Shown here piece by piece: positions 52,188 through 64,000 of a stretch of 64,000 nt of DNA. The position numbers were made by a program, and so were the translations under genes. The notes under the pieces were generated by a model that saw only the letters and a list, made by a program, of their open reading frames with translations, was not told the origin of the DNA and ran no database searches. How positions within the stretch are numbered: the first letter of the stretch is position 1; every line of letters begins with the position of its first letter. Source of the stretch: Lama guanicoe (lineage: Eukaryota); assembly GCA_013239625.1 (NCBI GenBank), contig MU054187.1, forward strand, positions 17,042,711 to 17,106,710, given 5' to 3'.

Positions 52188-52223
52188 GCCAGTAATACTG
52201 GCAATATTGCCAGTATTACTGGC
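52188..52223. repeat. Perfect 36-bp palindrome with self-complementary arms
   Basis: GCCAGTAATACTGGCAATATTGCCAGTATTACTGGC equals its own reverse complement. Confidence 0.97.
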
Positions 52224-55200
52224 ATCAATGAAATCCTTAAACTTGGTAAAACTTCAGTAATTACTTTGAGTTTTCACAGGTAAAAGTCACTTTTCAATTG
52301 GATTTCATATTAAAAGATTTCCGAATTTTCTATACAATTTAAAATCATCTTCCCCAAATGAATATTTACATCAGCTTCATTGCCACTTAAAAAAAAAAAT
52401 GAAGAAACACTGACCCGGGTATAAGGTAAAAAGATTTTATGTGTATTAATATGTGAAAGGTAAATTTAAAAGAAAGATACTGTTGTTACAATAGACAAAT
52501 AATTATAGTTTCTTTTATCTTGAATATGTTAGTAGAGCTAACTGGCACCCACATGTGTAATTTAAAAAACATGTGAGGAGCTGAGAAATAAGAATGTAAC
52601 ATTTTGGAATAGTTTACTGCTATTGTTCTTTTGTTATAAGTATCATTTGTGACATAGGTTCAGATTTTGAAGTAAACTAAGATGTATGCATAACAGAAAT
52701 CAAATGAAAGCAACTCGTCTCTAGAGAAATATGCAATCCTTTTGTAGAACCCAGCTTTAATGTAGACCAGTACTTAACATATTCACAGCTTATAACAACT
52801 TATGAAATGGGTGAATGTTGAAACAAAATATCAACCAGATCTATTCTCTTTAGCATGTTTATTTATGACTACTTTCTTTTGAAAGAAACCAGGAGTATGA
52901 TAATGGTCGCACACAGACTAAATAGGCTGTGTTTTCATGAGCAGTAATCCCATACAAGCACAAGAGAGAAAAGCCGTATTTTTCCAATATAATACTACAA
53001 GGGCAAATGACAGCCTTACCTGATGTCTGATATCTTTTATAGTACAACTGTGACATATTTTATGCATCACAAAGAATGATCAAAGATGTCCCTGGAGGCT
53101 CTCTGTCATGGAATGTGGCCCCACAGCCCCTGCCTGCCTTTAAATCAGCCAATAATGCACCTTTAAAATAAGTCGGGCATGCTTTTCAGAGGGATGCTTA
53201 CTTTGGAATATATGTGAGCGTGATTTTGATTTCTCTTTCAGTGATGTGATTTCTAAAATTATATGCATGTTTCATTTGGTTGTGAAATGAAAAGTGACTA
53301 AAATAAACAGGAGACTGTATATTTTTAAAAGTCCATGTTTAACGTAGAGTTCTGCTTGTTTTTACTGCTTTTGTGATATAATGTAGTTTGGAGAAGAAAA
53401 TTCAATTCAGAAACTCACATAACCATGCCCACTTGTTTCCTATTAAAACATATTAATAAAATAACGTCAGTGTACTTTTGTTCTTACGTAGAAAATGTTG
53501 CATTGCAGCTGTTTTTTAAATCAAACTTAAATGACTATTTAGATTTTTCTCTACAAGTTGAAAATAAAGTGGACAATCATGGTCATCACCCATTTAATTT
53601 TAGTACACACACATACCGATCTCATAATTCCCGGATAATTTCCAAAAATATTGTTTTCCTAAATATCTTGAAAGGTTTTGACAAAAACATCTTGTTACTC
53701 TGACTCCTCTAGATAATTAAATTCTCTTCTGTCTTTGGAGTTTGTCTCCACACGTAACCAAAGACCAAAAAAAAGAGATGTTTCAATTATATTAAACCCT
53801 GCTAGATATTCATAGTATTTTTTGCCAGGATTGGATTCTTTTCAACAAATCAACAAATAAATAATGTCTTATTATGATTATTGGTTAATGATCTTTTTTA
53901 ATGAGAAAGGCCATCAGCTGCAAAAATCAGCCAACTGCATTTTGTGGCGCTGGTAGATTTATATTTGCCAGAAACATCACTGGCCACATGACAGTACTTT
54001 CATTGAGACTTTCATTTAATGATAGCTCTTGGGTGCTGAAAAATTCTAAGTCTGTGTTCAATGGCTCTTAAACATCTCTTCAAAACAATATGGGGCCAGC
54101 TAAGAGATCATAAGCTCAGTTAATCATTCTTATTGGCAAAACCACCTAAAACATTTGCCCTAAAGAGAGTGAGTATTCAAAGATAGCTTTTTTTCCCTAA
54201 CAAACACTTATACACAACTGTAAGGGGGCTTTGTAGTCTATTTCTAGCTGAAGTGTTATTTATCATATTACTTTCGTCGCCTTCAAGAACGATTTATAAT
54301 TACAGTAAAATTAAAATTATATTCACTCAGCTCAGTTAAATATACAGTACACATTTAAATTTGCTGTCATGTTTGTTGGCATATTTCTAATCTTATATAT
54401 AGGTAGTTTTCTTAAAAGTAATTATTTATGAAATAAATATGAAAATGAACTGTAATTTTCAATATTATATACTTTTTAACTATTCCCCACTGCACCTGAA
54501 ACCAATAAAATGCCATAAAAAAAGGTAATAGCAAAAATGTATTTTTGCAAGAAATGTTATTCCTTTGGCTTTTCAGAGTCATGAAATGTACATAGGTTCT
54601 TGATTTTGTAAGATTATCAGCTTAAGTGTCCTGACTTTTCTGAGATTTAACCTATTTTAAAGTTAATATTTATAACTTAATGTTTTATTTTGAACAGATC
54701 AGTAATATGCCATTATTTACAGTATAACTAAAATGCTTTGAAACTATAAAAATTAAAGATATATACAATTATTTGCATTCAGCTATCATAAAAATACTCT
54801 CTTACACACACATACAACTAATACTTCAGCACTGTATAACATCTTTTTCCTGGTCATCTTTCAAAGTTCTATTAAAATGAAAAAAGCTCAAAAAAATAAT
54901 TATAAAATTCTGGCTTGCAAAGTGAACATTTTCAGAATCAATTTTTTTAAAATTGCATCATAGCTGTTCTGTGTACAAAGAGTCCAGAACATTATAGAAA
55001 AATGGTAAAATATTTTTAGCAATTTTTTAGGCTTCAAACTCTTTTTAAGGGCAAGGCAAAGAAGATAAAATAATTTACTTCTAGGATCTTCTTGGCCATT
55101 AGCTAGTGTACATATATAATTTGATATCTGTTGTTTCCATAATTTGTATATCTTTAGATATAACAAATGTTATCATTTAACATTTACGAAATTAAATTTG

Positions 55201-55344
55201 ATAAAATATTTGTGTGATCTTTTCCAGCTCTAGAATTGGGGGGGCTTTAATTTAAGAAGGAAATCTAGAGTTCACTTAGCCTTTAACATCTCAAACAATA
55301 CACTAGTCCCCTTATCAAAATAGAAAAATATTATATTTATGCAT

Positions 55345-55530
55345 ATTTACAGATCACAAAATTTTATAACATGTATTAACTTAGATCATTCACACAATAG
55401 CTCCCTATCCCCTCACCAAAAAAATAAGGTCCTATTATAAGACAATGACAGAACTTCAACTTAATGAATCACTTTTCTCTTAAACATCACCAGGAAGTGG
55501 CCAAGCGGGAAATAGAAGCCAAATATATTT
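55345..55530 (-). mobile_element. MIR fragment
   Basis: ACATGTATTAACTTAGATCATTCACACAATAGC...GAAGTGGCCAAGCGGGAAATAGAAGCCA; diverged. Confidence 0.4.
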
Positions 55531-55759
55531 CAAATGTTATATTCTGTGTTGCCTTCTATAGGATTACTTAAATACTCTTGAAAAGTAATAATTCATCATC
55601 TGAAAGACAAGGAGCTCATTACAGTATAAGTCAGCCTATTTTTTAAGGCCGTCTTGTAGTAAAATGATATAATAGTTAATAATGACTTAATGTTGATCCT
55701 AATATAGCTCCTTGCCATCTGCAGCCGCTATTCCGCTATAACTGAAGATCATGCTGCGA

Positions 55760-56040
55760 TCTCCTTGGAGCAGGGTTCGTGATTGGTGTCTCTGCACTTT
55801 CAGCCACAAGCAAAGTGATTGCAACATAGTAGATGCTCGATACCTATTTGCTGAATACATTGCTCCAGATTTTTGAAAGCGATCCTGCTCAAAACCTGTT
55901 ACAAGTTTGTGAACTTTATATGTGTGCAGGTGAAACTTCTCCAGCCATTTCCACATGGATTCAAGCAGCTTTGTTCACAGATATGTCATCAACACCGAGA
56001 ACAGTATCTGAACATAGTTGGCAAGCAACTATATACACGC
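55760..56040 (+). mobile_element. Two L2 3'-end fragments (~55760-55860 and ~55965-56040)
   Basis: CTCCTTGGAGCAGGG...ACATAGTAGATGCTCGATACCTATTTGCTGAAT and TTTGTTCACAGATATGTCATCAACACCGAGAACAGTATCTGAACATAGTTGGC. Confidence 0.55.
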
Positions 56041-57749
56041 ACTATACAAAGGCGGGAAATAAATAAACCATAACTAATAAAACTGTTTTCAGACAATTTG
56101 TCACATTAGATCACTCTTCTCAGACTACATTCAAACTTGTTAGTCCTGCTGAAAACATGCCACACAATGCTAAACATATGAAGCACCATGTGTCATACAA
56201 CCTCTCTAAGAATCGCTGAAGGAAGTGATTTTACTTGGTACATGAATTTTGATTCTCGGTGGTCTAGTCAGAAAGTATGTTTACTTATGAAACCCGTCTA
56301 CATAAATTCAGGACAAGTCTATATAAGAATATGATCAAATAAATTTGTAATCGAACAAAACCCACTAGGAAACACAGGAATTTGACAATTAAAAGCAAAT
56401 TAATTCAGAGAATATATATAATATATATATATATTTAGTGCATATGCTTTTGTTTTAATTGTGTTGAAGTTTCAAAGTAGCAAACAAAATAATTTTATTT
56501 GGTTAATTAAGTGGCATATAATCTAAGAGGTTAAACTTCAAAGTCATAACACTATTCAATATCACACGATAATTCATCTGATTCATACCTACTTTCTTTA
56601 AAATTCTTGTATATGAAATTATTATAGTAATTTTACTTTAACATTATACTTGGAATTAGCCTGCTTAGTTAAATTTTTTCTAATAATGGATATATTATTC
56701 TCATTTCACTGTCAAAGTAAAATATTTTCCACTCAGTGGCTGATATCAAAAATAAATACTTCTCTCTTAGTCTTATATAAGGGCTATAAATGCACTTTTA
56801 CATAATTTGTTTCTAAAAATTCAAAAATATATATTCATAATATGGAATAGTAGCCCTTAAGGAGTCTTTCTAACCATAGAATCAATACTTAAAAGAAACA
56901 GGAAATCTTAAATAAATCCAACATTAATACTTACAGGCAAATTCAAACTACTCCTTTCAAATAGTGAATCAAAATATTATAGCATCACCAACAATTCCTA
57001 CATTTAAGATCATTAAAAGGTAGAACTGTAGAATTAAAAAGAAGTTTTAAAGTTAAGAAGAAAAACTAAACCTTAAATATTAGATGTAACTATTGCAAAA
57101 CTATGAGTCCAAGTACTTAAATCAAGGCTCAGAATTATGGCTACCTGTGCTGGAAAGAATAGTATATATTTAAATTTTCCTACCTGAAACTTTCCCTGTG
57201 TTTAGCCAAGTCAAATGAGAAATGGAGACAATTGGCAAGATAATTCAATAAAAAGCAAGCAAGTAAACAACTATATAAAATTGTGTTGAGATAGTTACAA
57301 AATTTAGGAGGAATCTACTTTGTCCTTGTGTTTAAAAGAGCATGTTTGCATTCAGTAAAATAAAACAAACTATAGGGATGCACACATAAAATAGGTGAAG
57401 GAGAAAAATTTATAAAAAGAAATATAGACTGGCTTTACAAACTGAATTCAAATTACTGTTTGAGGATGTATTTTTTTGGTCTTCTTACAGTAATTTTTCC
57501 AGACTCAGGGGTCCAAGTTGAGTGATTAGCATCAGAGACAAGCATCTTGTCTTCACCCTGACAACCCTTCTGACACCTTCCCTAGAGAAGTCGTGTGTGC
57601 ATATATATGTATGGATATATGTATTTTTATAAAATTTTAACAAAAATAGAAGAATGATGCTTACCCATAGTATTTGTTTTTTATGTTTAATACAGATGAC
57701 TCTAAACAAATAGAAGAAAAAACAAGTCAAATTTGACAAAATGCTCAAC

Positions 57750-58110
57750 TAGTGAGACTTCAGAGAAACAGGAACTTGCATGTATTGCTAATGAGCTACA
57801 GTAATTGGAGTGGATATCAAAGATGCTATGCTGTGAGAAAGAGGCCAATTTCAAAAGGTTACGTATTGTGTAATTTCATTCATAGGACATTCTTAAAAGA
57901 TAAAATTATAGTTTGGGAATACAGAGCAATAATTTTCAGGAGTTAGAGATAGAGAATCGGAGTGCACAGGAGTAGCCGGAAGGTTCTTGAGGATGATGTG
58001 ACTCAGTTGTATTCTGAATTTGGAGGTGGCTTCACAAATTTACACTTCTGTTAAAACTTACAGAACTTTACAGCCAAAAAAGTTAAACTGTACTGGTTTT
58101 CAATAAGAAT
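57750..58110 (+). mobile_element. L1MC/MD-type 3' end
   Basis: TATGCTGTGAGAAAGAGGCCAATTTCAAAAGGTTACGTATTGTGTAATTTCATTCATAGGACATTCTTAAAAGATAAAATTATAG...GTTAAAACTTACAGAACT. Confidence 0.75.
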
Positions 58111-60644
58111 ATATTTATGTGTTCTGTATCTAGTCACATGTTTATATATTCTTTATTTATACATGGAAAAGGCAAGATGCTATATCAGAAACTAATGACA
58201 TTAATAAGCCTTGGTAGGTGGGAATCATTTGGATCAAGACAGGAGACAAGCTGAAAATCTTAATTTCTATCTTTTAATATTGCTTTGATTTTGAGTCGTG
58301 TGATTGAATTACCAATTTGTAAAATACAGTTCAATTCCAAATTAAAAAAAAAAAAGCAGATCCTTGGTACATTGCTTCTGTTTTTTTCCCTCAGGGGTCA
58401 TCAATTATTTGCTTAATACTTTTTTAATTCAGTAGGTGCAGTAAAAAGTAAATGTAGACACACTCCATTGGATTCATTTCTTGAACAACAGTTTTCTTTC
58501 TGCCCTATACATAGCTTTGGGTAGAACCTCTGGCTCATAGGTATTCACAGATCTTTCTTCTAGAAACAATTCCTTTCATGATTGAATTAGCTGTTTTGAA
58601 ATAAAACTTGGAAAACAAATGGGAATCTATTTCTTTATTGAAACACTAACAGCCACGACCGTATGTTTTAGATTATTCTGTAATTCAATTTCTATTTGTT
58701 CTTTTGTAAATTCTTCTGTGTTTTGTAGTATGTGATGCTAACAGGTTACAGAATGCAATGATAGCAATTAAGCTGCTGTATCTAGACAATGGGAAATAAC
58801 TGGTTATTTTCTATTCACTGGACCTAGTTGATTGCTTTAGGCTTGCCTAAACTATCCACATGTGAAACTTAAAAGAACCTGTTCATTTCCATTGGCATTC
58901 ATCTTTTGGTGTCTTCGCTGAGAATTAAATAAGCTAACATCAGAACTCAGACCATGAAGAACTTAAGTTTCCCTATATACGTTCATAATTGACACCACTA
59001 ACTGTATACATATTATTACTTGCTCCTTCAATTGTTAAAACACAAAATTTTTGATTGATTTTTTTTAGCCAAGGTATTGTTTGAAAGGACCTGTTGATTT
59101 CCATTGTCAATCTTCTTTTTTTTTTTTTTTTTTGTTTAAATTCCTTCTGGAGGAGGAACAACCTTCCTCTCCATTTTGAAGGAAGACTCCCCATTCTTTC
59201 AAATAACAATGTAAAAGCAAAGGAGATCAGAGACTTGAACTACAATTTCCAATTTTGAGGACTGTGGTACTTCAAATAAAGAACAACTTAGTTAAGGAAA
59301 TCAGTTAAGTTTACTGATTTCCATAAAGCTAATTGCTTGAGGGCCGCAGCTACATTATTATTTTAGGTTTTGTTCTTCAAGCTTTCCAAAAATACTCTGA
59401 AAAAAAAATACAGTTTGGGACCATGGCTTTTCTCTTGCATACTGAAGATTTGTAAAAATCAACACAACACAACTGATGCCCCTCTGGAGAGGAAAAAATG
59501 GTGTGAATCCAGTTGCCAGAGTCCAAATTTGCTACCACTTAAAATCATGTTTGAAGGCCCTCCTCAAAAAACAAGTACAATCTTAAATAAACAACCTAAC
59601 CTACCACCTAAAAGAATCAAAGTCATGTTTTAAAAACATGTTATATTAATTTATCCTTCATCATCTCAGACAAACAACTCCCACAATACTCTTCATGACT
59701 GAGAACAGAGAGCTGTGAAATTTTTGCTATGATTTTGCACTCTGTGGCATTGTCTTAATTAATAGCAATCCCTTCAACATATTGTATTAACATATCAGAG
59801 GAGGCAAAGAACACTAAAAGAAAGATAGACAAATAAGTCAGTATTTTATTAGACCAGATCTTGACTCATAAAGCCCATGCTGTCTTTCTCCCTAGGTAGA
59901 AAGATAGCCATGTGCTAGATTGTGTATGATGTCTTATTACAGAGATGTCAGTTTTAGTTTGAAACATAAATATATTTTTATTCCTACATTAGTACTTATA
60001 GTGATCAATGATAGTGTATCTAGTATACTAGAATTTGTTTTTGATCAGTAGAAAAGCAATTATTCATAAAACTCAAAATAGAGGCAAAGTTGTGAAAGAA
60101 AAGGAAAGAATTATAGGTTCCTTACCGAGGAGGTAATTTTAATATAGACGAGATTGGTCCAAGTTCTGCCATTTGGATGGATAGATCTATCATTTCAATA
60201 ATCTCAATGACAGTAGAGCACTGGATACCTGGTACAGTATTATAAATTAAATTTACTGCAAATGTTATTGCAGAGAATATGGAAAGAGATCTATTATTTG
60301 TGTTTGTGAAAGTTTAGATAGGAAAAAATTTAAGATTCTTTGACAAATCATAACCAAAATGATCTATATGATATGGCTATATTGTCAGTTGTCAGAAATT
60401 TCACTTTAGCCATTACTTCTTCATCAGGATCCTTGAATTATAGTGACATGATTCCACTTGTGAGAAAAAAAAAATTATATTAATCAACTTGAATGTTACC
60501 CCTGTAAGGTGGTGCTTTGCAGTGTTTGGCAATCTTGGATGCAGTTAACTTTTTAGAGAAATGTATTAGCTTTTATTTATTTTTTCTAATATTGAGAACC
60601 TGTAGTTGGTACAACATAAGATTGTTGGTAATCCCTGCTGTAAT

Positions 60645-60719
60645 ATAAGACTGTAATTATACTGATGGAATTTACTGTATTATAACACTATAATTATAGC
60701 AGATGGAATTTATTATATT
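60645..60719. repeat. Two-copy ~37-bp tandem duplication
   Basis: ATAAGACTGTAATTATACTGATGGAATTTACTGTATT followed by ATAACACTATAATTATAGCAGATGGAATTTATTATATT. Confidence 0.8.
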
Positions 60720-61179
60720 AATGCTTAGCAATTTTAACATGCATGCATATATATTAACTCATCAAATACTCTTTTCATATCTCAAAAACTACCTGTGATA
60801 TAACTGAAATATAATTTTATATCTATTTATCTATCAATCATCTGTCATCAGTCTTCATTCTTGATTACCTAATTAACTTTATCTACAATAAAATTAGAAT
60901 CAATATGTATTTTTCTGGTTTAATTTTTGCCATGAAAACATTCATCCGATATCATCATTATTAAATTCTATCTATCTTATCTGCTGGTCTGTAAGCCCCA
61001 TAAGAGGCAAGCACCCTGAGAAAGCAACACACTGAAACACAAGGGAATAAATCAGAGATTGTCAAACTATCAATTTCACCTCCCTCCGCACCTCCTATTG
61101 GATGTTTTGACACGTCCCCCTCACAAACCCCTTTCTGCTAGGTACTGAAGCAGCAAAAGGCTACAACCACACCACAGCA

Positions 61180-61365
61180 AATGCTAAGTTCTCATCATGT
61201 TGAGAACCTATGACACACCTGGCCCTCTTTCAAGAACTTTCATCTTTTTAACAACCCTATTGGTAGATACTGTGTTAAAATGAGGAAACTGAGGCACAGA
61301 GACTAAAAAGTGTATCCCGGATAACCTAGCTAGCTAGATGAGTCAGGATTCAAAAACTGAATTTT
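61180..61365 (-). mobile_element. MIR SINE
   Basis: AACAACCCTATTGGTAGATACT...ATGAGGAAACTGAGGCACAGAGA...GAGTCAGGATTCAAA. Confidence 0.8.
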
Positions 61366-62338
61366 GAAGGGATAAGCTGGGAAAGTTGAGAGTTAACTCT
61401 TTGCATCTTAGTTTCTAAGCATATGAAAGCAAACAGATGTCAGGCCATAACATCCTTAGGACCTCTCCCAGGTGTTGCTTCTGAGAATTGGCTGTGTGTG
61501 TGCACATCATTGATGCTACAAAATGGTTTTCTAGTAGCTGCTAATATATCTGACATTTTAAGATGCTGTGTACTTAAATCCTATGGTAGACTTCAAAACT
61601 TAGAACCCTCCAAATATATCAGAGCCGTCACCCTACTGGAAGGTTATTTCAATCAAGTCTTCCTTTTATCATTGTGATGTTTTCAGATGTCAGGCTTTTA
61701 CTCCTAAATGAGTTGTCTCCAAGCTTATTAAACTTCTTAAATTTTCAGGGCTTTATCTTTGAATTGTGATGCTGTATAATTTTCCTTTGATAACCTGCCT
61801 TAATTCAATCACCTATGAATTAATGTGAGTCTTTTATCTTTATAATTTTCATGTGTACGCATTCTTTGGATCAACCCTTAAAAATTACTACATTTGTTAA
61901 GAATTCCTTTTATCATGAATTACACCTCTTCTCATTTTTGGGTGCTAATAAATGGATTCATACATTGTTCTCATCTTTGAGAATTTTATAGACTTCCACT
62001 CTTTTTCCATCTAATCTTAATCTTTTCAGGAAGGACTACCTACAACCAGCATCAGACTAGAGACCAAGCTATCTTAAATTAAAAAGTGACATTTGGAGGA
62101 AGCAATTATATTACTCAGGGTCCTGATAATAGTGAAATCATAAAAAGGAAAAAAAATAGATGAAAATCTTCAAAACAATTAGAGTTTTACATTATTTTTA
62201 TTAAATTATTCTATCCCCACCAGATGTTTTAATTATACTTTTGATATACATTTTACGCTTTTGATAAATGGTTACTATAAACCATTTTCTAATTTTCTAA
62301 ATTTCAATTTAAATTTGAACTTAATGTTCACATATTCA

Positions 62339-62367
62339 TGTATGTGTGTGTGTGTTTGTGTGTGTGT
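62339..62367. repeat. Interrupted (TG)n microsatellite
   Basis: Directly visible. Confidence 0.85.
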
Positions 62368-63573
62368 TCTTATCTAATAGTGTTGAAAAAGATGAGCATG
62401 ATTAGAGTGATAAATTTTATAATTTCTGGAGCTTACAATTTGATTATGAATTAAAATTTCCCATTTCTTTTAATAACAAATTTTAAGGAGGTGTTTTCTA
62501 TTGTTTACCTAAAAATGAAAAACTTCATTCATCCTTCCTACCCTGAACACCTAAACATAGCTCTTGTCTATCTCAGTTCTTCAACAGCATATGTTTGGGG
62601 ACAGTGCCCAACTAAACAGATGAAATCATACAAGTAAGACTTTGGACCTCAATATACTTATAAATTAGTGTAAGGGATGATTAAACAACAATGTCCATTT
62701 AAATAATTTAGCAATTTATATCATATGAAAGTTAATATACATCAATTTCCAAGAATGTTTCTCATGTGTAAAAGAACATATTTGCAGCATAAATTAAGAT
62801 AAACATGATAAATCATATGCTCTTTGACTGTGTAACATGTACAGAGAAGGAACATACAGATCATTATTTCTTAACTCTGACTTTATTATAGATCTTTGAG
62901 TATCCAACTATCTCAGAACTTGTAAAATCTCCAAAAATATCTTTGCAAACACATTTCAATTAGAAAAAGATTTATGTTCTAATGAGTATCATGTGGAGAT
63001 GACATGACATATCACATGAAGATAAAGTGTCAAAACTCCCTAAATATTAATCACTAGCTTGGATATCACTCTAATTTGTAAAATTGGATAGAAAATAAAT
63101 TGTTTAATAAAACACCAAATAGTTTTATACACAGTGCTCCCACTGTGGATATTAAAATATAACTTGATAGACAAATAATAGAATTTAATTTAGAAAAAAA
63201 ACAAAAAATAGTAGTCTGTTTGGAACAAGAATTCAGAAAACAAACTCAAGAAGATTCTTGCCTTTCTAGTGAGAATTAAAATAGTCAGAAATTTAAAGAA
63301 ATAGCATTTGGCTTTTCGAAGTCATGTACTAGTTGGCATATTCCTTTTTCCACAGCCCTTAACTTGGAATATTGTCTGTAATTTCTGTAGGGCAAGGTTA
63401 TTTATCCTTCTTTAATTTACAAAAGAGAGATACAGAAAATAGCATTAATTATTAGACTATATGAGCTGATGGGATTATGATAATACTTTTGTAGGGGGGC
63501 CTTTACTCTTTTATTCTTCTTTTGGTCTTAAGTCTTTTTTGTCAAATTTTAACATGGCTCTTCTAGATCACTC

Positions 63574-64000
63574 TTTTTATTTTTTTTTTTTGATTTTAAA
63601 TAATTTTTTAATTGAAGTATAGTCAGTTTACAATGTTGTATCAATTTCTGGTGTACAGCATAATGTTTCAGTCATATATATACATACATATATTTATTTT
63701 CATACTCTTTTTCATTATAGGTTACTACAAGGCATCGAATGTAGTTTCCTGCGCTGTACAGAAGAAACTTGTTTACCTAGCTTATATATAGTAGTTAGTA
63801 TCTTTAAATCTTGAGCTCCCAGTTTAACCCTTCCCACAGCCTTCCTCTCTTGATAACCTGTTTCTGTTTTGTAAATAAGTTAATTTGTGTCTTTTTTTTT
63901 TTTTTTGAGACTCCACATGAGTGATATCATATGGTATTTTTCTTTCTCTTTCTGGCTTACTTCACTTAGTATGATGATCTCCAGGTCCATCCATGTTGCT
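63574..64000 (-). mobile_element. Lineage-specific LINE-1 3' UTR, running off the window end
   Basis: T-rich tail then TTGAAGTATAGTCAGTTTACAATGTTGTATCAATTTCTGGTGTACAGC...; reverse complement is colinear with ~15905-16300 in this window. Confidence 0.92.

Overview
AT-rich, CpG-depleted mammalian intergenic or deep intronic DNA, most likely camelid (camel/alpaca). The lineage call rests on a tRNA-derived SINE at 8884-9006 resembling the camelid Vic-1 family, plus young L1 3' ends. I find no supportable protein-coding gene, rRNA, functional tRNA or CRISPR array; the ORF track is short chance ORFs or decayed LINE-1 ORF2 pieces. Recognisable content is transposon relics: L1s of several ages, HAL1, L2, MIR, MaLR and ERV1 solo LTRs, Tc1/mariner MITEs and microsatellites. 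I did not find a new multi-gene system. The best oddities are a perfect 36-bp palindrome built of two palindromes (52188-52223), a Tc2-like MITE with internal tandem units (50519-50730), a twin-primed 5'-inverted L1 (7255-9512), a long L1 missing its RT domain at a microhomology junction (~46015) and repeat-free blocks that may be conserved enhancers. Subfamily names are from recalled consensus sequences, not a database search; boundaries of old repeats are approximate.
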